Shown in pieces: positions 57,104 to 64,000 of a DNA stretch of 64,000 nucleotides. The DNA is from Dehalococcoidia bacterium (GTDB lineage: Bacteria; Chloroflexota; Dehalococcoidia; UBA6926), in assembly GCA_045562535.1 (NCBI GenBank), contig JBJKVP010000004.1, forward strand, positions 2,318-66,317, given 5' to 3'. The notes below the pieces were generated by a model, which had not been told where the DNA came from, searched no databases, and saw nothing but the letters and a program-made list of their open reading frames with translations. The stretch's first letter is position 1. The number at the start of each line of letters is the position of its first letter. Made by a program: the position numbers and the translations under genes.

Positions 57104-60100
57104 TTATATTTTCAATCTACTCAAAGCTGCTAAAGCTTGAGGAGAAAGCGTATTATCCAGTAAGGTCTGCGCGGCAGTTTCTAGATCTTTAGCTTTAGAT
57201 TCAAAGTCTGGTTTCTCTACAATCTTCTCTGGATCTGGCCATTCAACCTCTGATGTTGTTGATTCAGTTGTATCGCTACCTTCAGCAGGCTTCAATTTAA
57301 GGAAACTAGCTCCCGTAGATTTCAAGATCTCAGACTTTTTCTCAGAATCAAGTTGGCCTATCTGATCGCCTTTCATAACATCCATCATGTTACCAAGTTT
57401 GGCCGTGCCCACCTCTTGAATTGTAGTTACATCAACTCCTTTGACCATGACTTCCACTCGATCTGACCCAAGCGTACCCATACCTTCACTTGGAAGTTCT
57501 TTAGTGATTGCCTCTAATGCCCCTTTTCCTACACCCTGCAAATCGGTTGGATTCATCGTGACTGCCATATCTTTAACTCTAGTTGAGCCAAGTTCACTAT
57601 ATTGTTCAGAGCCCATTGTTTTCGCCATATCAGCTACTTTGGAACCACCTAGGTCTGTAAATTCTTTCAATTCCATATTTTTAGTCATATCAGCGACTTT
57701 AGCACCACCTAAATTCTGCAAGTTAGCGGCATCCATAGTTTTGGTCATATCAACGAGTTTCGCACCACCAAGATTTTGGAAGTTGGACGCGTCCATGGTT
57801 TTCGTCATATCAACGAGTTTAGATCCACCGAGATCTTGGAATTGAGCAGCTCCCATATTCTTCGTCAAATCAGAAAGTTTTGCTCCTCCGAGATTCTGGA
57901 AGTTTGTTGCATCCATCGTCTTCGTCATGTCGAGAAGTTTCGCTCCACCAAGATTCTCAAAGTTCGAAGCATCCATCGTCTTTGTCATATCAACAAGCTT
58001 CGCTCCACCAAGGTCTTGGAATTGCGCAGCTCCCATATTCTTCGTCAAATCAGAAAGTTTTGCTCCTCCGAGATTCTGGAAGTTTGTTGCATCCATCGTC
58101 TTCGTCATGTCGAGAAGTTTCGCTCCACCGAGATTCTGGAAGTTCGAAGCATCCATTGTCTTTGTCATGTCGACTAGTTTCGCTCCACCGAGATCTTGGA
58201 ATTGAGCAGCTCCCATGTTCTTCGTCATATCGGAAAGTTTTGCTCCACCAAGATTTACAAAGTTCGTCGCATCCATCGTCTTTGTCATATCGAGCAGTTT
58301 CGCTCCACCGAGATCTTGGAATTGCGCAGCTCCCATGTTCTTCGTCAAATCAGAAAGTTTTGCTCCTCCGAGATTCTGGAAGTTTGTTGCATCCATCGTC
58401 TTCGTCATGTCGAGAAGTTTCGCTCCACCGAGATTCTCAAAGTTCGAAGCATCCATTGTCTTTGTCATATCAACAAGCTTCGCTCCACCGAGATCCGCAA
58501 ATTGGGCTGCTCCCATATTCTTTGTCATATCGGAAAGTTTTGCTCCACCAAGGTTCACAAAGTTCGCTGCATCCATTGTCTTTGTCATGTCGAGCAGTTT
58601 CGCTCCACCAAGATCTTGGAACTGAGCAGCTCCCATGTTCTTCGTCAAGTCAGAAAGTTTTGCTCCACCAAGATTCTGGAAGTTCGAAGCATCCATTGTC
58701 TTTGTCATGTCGAGCAGTTTCGCTCCACCGAGATTCTGGAAGTTCGAAGCATCCATTGTCTTTGTCATATCAACGAGTTTCGCTCCGCCGAGATCCAGGA
58801 ATTGAGCAGCTCCCATATTCATTGTCATATCGGCGAGTTTCGATCCACCAAGATTCGCGTATTCGGCTGGGCCCATATTTTTGTGCATCTCAGCCAGTTT
58901 CGCTCCACCGAGATTCTGGAAGTTCGAAGCATCCATTGTCTTTGTCATATCAACAAGCTTCGCTCCACCGAGATCTGCAAATTGAGCAGCTCCCATATTC
59001 CTTGTCATGTCGGCAAGCTTCGCCCCGCCAAGATTTACAAAGTTCGCTGCATCCATTGTCTTCGTCATATCAACGAGTTTTGCAGCTCCAAGATCTGCAA
59101 ACTGGGCAAAGCCCATGTTCTTCGTCATGTCGGCAAGTTTTGCTCCACCGAGAGTCTCAAATTGAGCAGCTCCCATGTTCTTCGTCATGTCAGCAAGCTT
59201 CGCTCCACCAAGATTCTCGAATTGGGCTGCTCCCATGTTTTTCGTCATATCAGCGAGTTTTGCTCCGCCAAGAGACTCAAATTGGGCAGCGCCCATACTC
59301 TTCGTCATATCAGCAAGTTTCGCTCCACCGAGATTCTGGAAGTTCGTTGCATCCATCGTCCTAGTCATATCCGCTAGTCTTGCGGCACCCAAAGATTCGA
59401 AATTAGTAGCGTCCATTGTCTTGGTCATATCAACGAGTTTCGCTCCGCCAAGATCTTGGAATTGCGCTAGGGCCATTGTTTTAGTCATGTCGGCAACTTT
59501 AGATCCGCCTAGATCGTTAAATTGAGTAAAAGCCATATTCTTGCTCATGTCAGCAAGCTTCGCTCCACCGAGATTCGCGTATTGGGCTGCGCCCATACTT
59601 TTGTGCATCTCAGCGAGTTTCGCTCCACCGAGATCCGCAAATTGAGCAGCTCCCATGTTCTTTGTCATATCGGCAAGCTTCGCTCCACCGAGATTCTCGA
59701 ATTGGGCAGCTCCCATATTTTTGGTCATATCAGCAAGCTTCGCTCCACCGAGATTCTCGAATTGGGCAGCTCCCATATTCCTCGTCATATCTGCAAGCTT
59801 CGCTCCACCGAGATCCGCAAATTGAGCAGCTCCCATGTTCTTTGTCATATCTGCAAGCTTCGCTCCACCGAGATTCTCGAATTGGGCTGCGCCCATATTC
59901 CTCGTCATATCTGCAAGCTTCGCTCCACCGAGACTCTGGAATTGGGCAGCTCCCATGTTCTTTGTCATATCGGCAAGCTTCGCTCCACCAAGAGACTCGA
60001 ACTGCGCAGCTCCCATATTTTTGGTCATGTCAGCAAGCTTCGCTCCACCGAGATTTTCGAATTGGGCTGCGCCCATATTCCTCGTCATATCTGCAAGCTT

Positions 60101-61855
60101 CGCTCCACCGAGACTCTCAAATTGGGCAGCTCCCATGTTCTTTGTCATATCGGCAAGCTTCGCTCCACCAAGATCTTGGAATTGAGCAGCACCCATATTC
60201 TTTGTCATATCAGCAAGTTTTGCCCCACCAAGATTCTGGAATTGCGCTGCACCCATATTCTTTGTCATATCGGCAAGCTTCGCTCCACCGAGATCCGCAA
60301 ATTGAGCAGCTCCCATGTTCTTCGTCATATCTGCAAGCTTCGCTCCACCCATATCTTTGAAGCCATCAGCGTTCATGTTCTTGGCCATGCCAGCTACTCC
60401 GGTAGCACCCATATCTTTGAAGCCATCAGCGTTCATATTCTTGGCCATACCGGCTACTCCGGCAGCTCCCATATCTTTGAAGCCATCAGCGTTCATATTC
60501 TTGGCCATGCCGGCTACTCTGGCAGCTCCCATATCTTTGAAGCCATCAGCGTTCATGTTTTTGGCCATGCCAGCTACTCCCGCAGCTCCCATGTCTTTGA
60601 AACCATCGGCATTCATGTTCTTGGCCATGCCGGCTACTCCCGCAGCTCCCATGTCTTTGAAACCATCGGCATTCATGTTCTTGGCCATGCCAGCTACTCC
60701 CGCAGCTCCCATGTCTTTGAAACCATCGGCATTCATATTCTTGGCCATGCCAGCTACTCCGGTAGCACCCATATCTTTGAAGCCATCAGCATTCATATTC
60801 TTGGCCATGCCGGCTACTCCGGTAGCACCCATATCTTTGAAACCATCGGCATTCATATTCTTGGCCATGCCGGCTACTCCCGCAGCTCCCATGTCTTTGA
60901 AACCATCGGCATTCATATTCTTGGCCATGCCAGCGACTCCCGCAGCTCCCATGTCTTTGAAACCATCGGCGTTCATATTCTTGGCCATATCTCTTACTTT
61001 ATCTGTACCCATATCTTTGAAACCAGCAGCATTCATGTTCTGAGCTAATTTTGCGGTTTCAGTACTTCCTAATTTATTGAAATCAGCTACTTTGGCTTGA
61101 TTAAGCGAATCGATTGCTTTTTGCGGATCTATTGGCCCTTTTGGGGCTCCCACTGGTGATGTACCTGTCTTTGCTCCTGGTGCAACTCCTGATGTAGCTC
61201 CTGTACCAGTTCCTCCTGGAGTCGCAGGCCCTTTGGGACCCGTAGCCCCTGTACCAGTTCCTCCTGGAGTCGCAGGCCCTTTGGGACCCGTAGCCCCTGT
61301 ACCAGTTCCTCCTGGAGTCGCAGGCCCTTTGGGACCCGTAGCTCCTGTACCAGTTCCTCCTGGAGTCGCAGGCCCTTTGGGACCCGTAGCTCCTGTACCA
61401 GTTCCTCCTGGAGTTGCAGGCCCTTTGGGACCCGTAGCCCCTGGACCAGTATGTCCTGTAGGTGAACTAGGCGAACTCGGGCTCGCTCCGGGTGATGCCG
61501 GAGAAGGAGAAGATGGCGCAGGTGATGGTGATGATGGCGCAGGTGATGGTGACGATGGCGCAGGTGATGGTGATGATGGCGCAGGTGATGGTGATGATGG
61601 CGCAGGTGTTGGCGCAGGTGTTGGCGCAGGTGTTGGCGCAGGTGTTGGCGCAGGTGCTGGTGATGGTGATGGTGATGGTGATGGTGATGGTGATGGCGAC
61701 GCCATTGGTCCTGGAGAACCATGTGGACCACCATGGGAAGCAAAAGCTGGGGTTATAGGTGCGAAAAGCATAATGAGAGTTATTAATATAGATACAACCA
61801 TATTAAGACGTCGACCATATTTATTGTTTACAAAACTATTATCTATTCCCCGCAT
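57104..61855 (-). CDS. giant secreted repeat protein (1583 aa): signal peptide, P/S/T linker, 5 x 16-aa Gly/Pro/Thr repeats, ~58 x 20-aa Met-rich repeats, ~200-aa unique tail
   Basis: ATG 61853-61855. Signal MVVSILITLIMLFAPITPAFA/SHG. Repeat classes are GAAGVAGMAKNMNADGFKDM (about 12 copies) and GGAKLADMTKNMGAAQFxxL (about 46 copies). One uninterrupted frame runs across 3.5 kb of 60-bp repeats, whereas the antisense ORFs are low-complexity. Confidence 0.8.
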   Translation of the reverse strand: MRGIDNSFVNNKYGRRLNMVVSILITLIMLFAPITPAFASHGGPHGSPGPMASPSPSPSPSPSPSPAPAPTPAPTPAPTPAPTPAPSSPSPAPSSPSPAPSSPSPAPSSPSPAPSSPSPASPGASPSSPSSPTGHTGPGATGPKGPATPGGTGTGATGPKGPATPGGTGTGATGPKGPATPGGTGTGATGPKGPATPGGTGTGATGPKGPATPGGTGTGATSGVAPGAKTGTSPVGAPKGPIDPQKAIDSLNQAKVADFNKLGSTETAKLAQNMNAAGFKDMGTDKVRDMAKNMNADGFKDMGAAGVAGMAKNMNADGFKDMGAAGVAGMAKNMNADGFKDMGATGVAGMAKNMNADGFKDMGATGVAGMAKNMNADGFKDMGAAGVAGMAKNMNADGFKDMGAAGVAGMAKNMNADGFKDMGAAGVAGMAKNMNADGFKDMGAARVAGMAKNMNADGFKDMGAAGVAGMAKNMNADGFKDMGATGVAGMAKNMNADGFKDMGGAKLADMTKNMGAAQFADLGGAKLADMTKNMGAAQFQNLGGAKLADMTKNMGAAQFQDLGGAKLADMTKNMGAAQFESLGGAKLADMTRNMGAAQFENLGGAKLADMTKNMGAAQFESLGGAKLADMTKNMGAAQFQSLGGAKLADMTRNMGAAQFENLGGAKLADMTKNMGAAQFADLGGAKLADMTRNMGAAQFENLGGAKLADMTKNMGAAQFENLGGAKLADMTKNMGAAQFADLGGAKLAEMHKSMGAAQYANLGGAKLADMSKNMAFTQFNDLGGSKVADMTKTMALAQFQDLGGAKLVDMTKTMDATNFESLGAARLADMTRTMDATNFQNLGGAKLADMTKSMGAAQFESLGGAKLADMTKNMGAAQFENLGGAKLADMTKNMGAAQFETLGGAKLADMTKNMGFAQFADLGAAKLVDMTKTMDAANFVNLGGAKLADMTRNMGAAQFADLGGAKLVDMTKTMDASNFQNLGGAKLAEMHKNMGPAEYANLGGSKLADMTMNMGAAQFLDLGGAKLVDMTKTMDASNFQNLGGAKLLDMTKTMDASNFQNLGGAKLSDLTKNMGAAQFQDLGGAKLLDMTKTMDAANFVNLGGAKLSDMTKNMGAAQFADLGGAKLVDMTKTMDASNFENLGGAKLLDMTKTMDATNFQNLGGAKLSDLTKNMGAAQFQDLGGAKLLDMTKTMDATNFVNLGGAKLSDMTKNMGAAQFQDLGGAKLVDMTKTMDASNFQNLGGAKLLDMTKTMDATNFQNLGGAKLSDLTKNMGAAQFQDLGGAKLVDMTKTMDASNFENLGGAKLLDMTKTMDATNFQNLGGAKLSDLTKNMGAAQFQDLGGSKLVDMTKTMDASNFQNLGGAKLVDMTKTMDAANLQNLGGAKVADMTKNMELKEFTDLGGSKVADMAKTMGSEQYSELGSTRVKDMAVTMNPTDLQGVGKGALEAITKELPSEGMGTLGSDRVEVMVKGVDVTTIQEVGTAKLGNMMDVMKGDQIGQLDSEKKSEILKSTGASFLKLKPAEGSDTTESTTSEVEWPDPEKIVEKPDFESKAKDLETAAQTLLDNTLSPQALAALSRLKI
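57590..61050 (-). repeat. 60-bp tandem repeat array (about 58 units; type B 57590-60348, type A 60349-61050)
   Basis: A 60-nt periodicity is directly visible. Blocks of over 100 nt recur nearly identically at offsets of 180 and 300 nt (for example 57841, 58021, 58321). Confidence 0.95.
61203..61442 (-). repeat. 48-bp tandem repeat, 5 copies (encodes GATGPKGPATPGGTGT)
   Basis: The unit gtaccagttcctcctggagtcgcaggccctttgggacccgtagcccct repeats head-to-tail with 1-2 substitutions. Confidence 0.95.
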
Positions 61856-62643
61856 TGGAACGCTCCTAACAATCTGTTAAATCTAAGCTGAGCTGTTGTA
61901 GCATCAGCACCTGTTGCTGTTAAAGTAAATCCTCTATCTAAAGAACCAGAAGTATCTGATGGAGCGCAAACCCAGACTCCCATCAAACCTCCAGTCAAAG
62001 TACCTTCAGCATCTTTAATCGAAAAAGAAGCATACTTTCCTTCAATTTTATTATCTTCTGAATCTGAATTAACTTCTATGGGGCCATCATTTATCGCGGA
62101 AAATTCCACTGTTGGTTGGCTAGCTGTTAATACAGAGTATGATGAGTTTAATAGTTCATCTGCATTATCTGTCCAAGGTCTCCAGTAAAGTTGAACAGAA
62201 ACACCGTTATAGTCGAAAATCACTATACCCGAATCATTCTCTGCGTCGTTTTTCAACCACCCATAAGTTTCAATATCCGTACTTTCGACCCCTTGAAGAA
62301 CTCCCTTTTTCAGAACGAAAAACCCTTCATAAAGTTCCGGTTCTTTAGGCTCAGGTGCAGGAGGTGCCTCTGGCTTAGGTTCTTCTTTCTTGGGTTCTGG
62401 TTTAGGTTCTTCTTTTTTAGGCTCCTCTGCCTTAGGTTCTGGTTTAGGTTCTTCTTTTTTAGGCTCCTCTGCCTTTTGGGCAGGTGCCTCTGTAGATGCC
62501 GTAGAGGTCGTTTCCGAAGATGTTTCCTGCTGGGCAGTTGGAGTCGATTCCCCTCCTCCACAAGCTACAAACAAAAAGGTAGCGGAAGCAACTAGAAAAC
62601 TAACTGCAAATAAGCGGAAGGAAAAGGCGTTTACAAATTTCAA
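61843..62643 (-). CDS. lipoprotein with an (E/K/P)-rich repeat linker and a ~170-aa C-terminal globular domain
   Basis: The likely start is TTG 62641-62643, 8 nt after AAGGAG. Signal plus lipobox MKFVNAFSFRLFAVSFLVASATFLFVAC. AEEPKKEEPKPEPK repeats. The stop overlaps the giant gene start by 13 nt. Confidence 0.7.
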   Translation of the reverse strand: MKFVNAFSFRLFAVSFLVASATFLFVACGGGESTPTAQQETSSETTSTASTEAPAQKAEEPKKEEPKPEPKAEEPKKEEPKPEPKKEEPKPEAPPAPEPKEPELYEGFFVLKKGVLQGVESTDIETYGWLKNDAENDSGIVIFDYNGVSVQLYWRPWTDNADELLNSSYSVLTASQPTVEFSAINDGPIEVNSDSEDNKIEGKYASFSIKDAEGTLTGGLMGVWVCAPSDTSGSLDRGFTLTATGADATTAQLRFNRLLGAFQCGE

Positions 62644-62818
62644 GCAAATGTCTCCTTTAAAATAAAAATTATCATATGGATTCCGTCCAAAAAAGAACCT
62701 CAAAACTGAAGTTTTTAATGGGTGGCAAACGACCCATCATCCTTAACATAAGCCACACTCACGTTATTATAATGAAGTTGAAAACCCTAAACAAGCATAT
62801 AACACTGATTTGTAAATT

Positions 62819-63307
62819 TTATTCCAATACTTGTATCGAATGAGCCCTCGGTTCACCTTCTTGAAGAAGCCCAGAAACAGAGATTCTCGTACCGACATTT
62901 AAATCCTCAATTCGAATTCGAACAGGTTTATTGATCTTAGTGTCTTGGTTGATATCTATTTCTAATTCTCCTCTTGCGGTCTCGAGTTTCAGCGAGGTGC
63001 GATCTATTTCCTTTATTGTTCCGATCACAGCTTGTCTGTTCATACTTTGCTCATTGCGAAACTCTGAATTTCTCAAATTTTGCAAATCTTCCCTTGTTAG
63101 TTCTCCGGATTGTATTTTTTCCCTAATTGAAGCCATATCGTTATTTGAAACCGGCATCCGACTCGCTTCAGATGAAACATCTGGAGTCATCTGGGTACTG
63201 ACGGGCTCAACTCCAACAGCACTTCTTCCTAGAGCAAAAGATCCTCCCACGGAGACCCCGTATATAGCAATTAGTACTAGCAAAAAAACAAATCTATTTC
63301 TCTCCAT
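62819..63307 (-). CDS. membrane-anchored/secreted protein with a C-terminal small beta-barrel-like domain
   Basis: N-terminal TM/signal FVFLLVLIAIYGVSVGG. The C-terminus GTIKEIDRTSLKLETARGELEIDINQDTKI...DLNVGTRISVSG resembles domains often found beside MacB-type exporters in monoderms. Confidence 0.5.
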   Translation of the reverse strand: MERNRFVFLLVLIAIYGVSVGGSFALGRSAVGVEPVSTQMTPDVSSEASRMPVSNNDMASIREKIQSGELTREDLQNLRNSEFRNEQSMNRQAVIGTIKEIDRTSLKLETARGELEIDINQDTKINKPVRIRIEDLNVGTRISVSGLLQEGEPRAHSIQVLE

Positions 63308-63330
63308 TGTTCACTCCTCTAGCAACTTAT

Positions 63331-64000
63331 CTATTCATATCTCAAAGCATCAATAGGATTAAGCTTTGCCGCTCGAGCAGCAGGATAAATGCCGAAAAAT
63401 AGTCCGATAACTCCTGCAACTGTTAATGCTAGTATGGCAATATCCGCGGTTATTACAGTTTCAAAATCTGGGCCAAAAAGACGTAACCTATTTATCGAAT
63501 AAGATATAAGAGCTCCCAAAGATGCTCCAATAACTCCGCCACTTACGCTAATTAGGACGGCCTCAGTAATAAATTGCCCCAAGATATCTCTTTTTTTTGC
63601 CCCCAATGCTTTCCTAATACCAATTTCTCTTGTGCGCTCCGTAACAGAAACTAACATTATATTCATTATCCCAATTCCGCCCACAAACAAGGATATACCA
63701 GCAATAGATCCCAACAAGACGACTAAAGCCGCTGTCGCTTCATTCAAGGTGTTAATAACATCTTGTAAATTAGTAACGGAAAAATCATCTTCAGTCGTAC
63801 GATGACTAAATCTAAGTATGTCTGAAATTTGCTCTTTTGGATCTTCAACGGTTTTATCTACCAAATCACCATTTGAAATAGATTGAACATTTATCGTCGA
63901 GATTGAAATTTCACCTTGGGTAGTCCTCTCTGAAGTTAATCTATAATAGGCTGTCGTCAGAGGCACAAAGATCTGGCCGTCTTCAGAGCCAAATCTTGCT
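63331..64000 (-). CDS. MacB-type ABC permease, C-terminal part (FtsX domain; 5' end outside the window)
   Basis: Motifs TERTREIGIRKALGAKKRDI, LISVSGGVIG, and a C-terminal PIDALRYE. The frame stays open to the window edge. Confidence 0.8.
   Translation of the reverse strand, partial: ARFGSEDGQIFVPLTTAYYRLTSERTTQGEISISTINVQSISNGDLVDKTVEDPKEQISDILRFSHRTTEDDFSVTNLQDVINTLNEATAALVVLLGSIAGISLFVGGIGIMNIMLVSVTERTREIGIRKALGAKKRDILGQFITEAVLISVSGGVIGASLGALISYSINRLRLFGPDFETVITADIAILALTVAGVIGLFFGIYPAARAAKLNPIDALRYE

Noticed and set aside
61203-61442. Collagen-like triple-helix segment (GATGPKGPA...)
   Set aside because: The G-X-Y register holds for only three triplets per 16-residue unit and then breaks (TPGGTGT), so it is not a continuous collagen repeat.
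61129-61743. Minus-strand 204-aa ORF rich in His (HHHHHHHHHH...) that could be mistaken for a metal-binding protein
   Set aside because: It is an alternative frame of the P/S/T-linker and 48-bp repeat region of the giant gene. Its composition is a frame-shifted echo of the CCA/CCT/TCA-rich repeats, and it has no independent start context.
57441-61880. Many long plus-strand ORFs (up to 508 aa) antisense to or overlapping the giant gene, for example 57880..59364, 59522..61048, 60315..61043 and 61233..61880
   Set aside because: They are low-complexity translations (Ser/Leu/His/Cys- or Pro/Ala/Phe-rich) of the complementary strand of a 60-bp or 48-bp repeat that happens to lack stops. None has a signal, an RBS or a recognisable domain. 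The minus-strand frame gives one coherent secreted protein with start, signal peptide and unique termini.

Overview
This 64 kb window is chromosomal and gene-dense. GC content is low to moderate (about 25-47% from my hand counts of single 60-nt lines). I saw no rRNA, CRISPR array, transposase or integrase. Gene content suggests a marine monoderm-type heterotroph, possibly Chloroflexota/SAR202-like: many crotonase, CaiB, LLM-oxidoreductase, isochorismatase and MFS paralogs, MacB/FtsX ABC systems, and a GAAC-N4-GTTC SOS box. That taxonomic guess cannot be verified from sequence alone.

Main blocks:
1. 1-5.8 kb: hisS 3' end, then a divergent glycine/sarcosine/betaine-reductase (grd) locus. Three genes are interrupted by in-frame UGA codons that I read as selenocysteine: grdB, grdA, and a glutaredoxin-like ORF that is missing from the ORF track.
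2. 5.8-11.4 kb: a 1-Cys peroxiredoxin, then an AT-rich imuB-like / small ORF / dnaE2 mutagenesis cassette with a LexA-type palindrome, next to tRNA-Gly(UCC).
3. 11.4-27 kb: a secreted NHL-propeller protein carrying an 11 x 36 bp repeat, alkA-like, a metal ABC importer, three tandem crotonase paralogs plus an isochorismatase, bcp, and assorted housekeeping and transport genes.
4. 27-35.3 kb: a tightly packed four-gene ABC machine with two different ~1100-aa double-FtsX permeases and two different ATPases.
5. 35.4-42.1 kb: tatD, a methyltransferase, mutL and mutS.
6. 42.2-56.8 kb: a catabolic island bracketed by NuoG-like and NuoF/NuoE-like/CDGSH redox genes. It encodes MFS transporters, a crotonase, a hydrolase, a fused double CaiB, a cyclic amidohydrolase, a PEP-mutase/ICL-family enzyme and an isochorismatase-like amidase.
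7. 57.1-64 kb: an operon-like block of MacB-type permease, a small anchored beta-domain protein, a lipoprotein, and a 1583-aa secreted protein built from ~58 tandem 20-residue Met-rich repeats.

The strongest candidates for something new are the giant repeat protein with its export context, the twin-permease ABC machine, and the unusual selenoprotein locus. Every functional call rests on motif recognition by eye. No database search was run.
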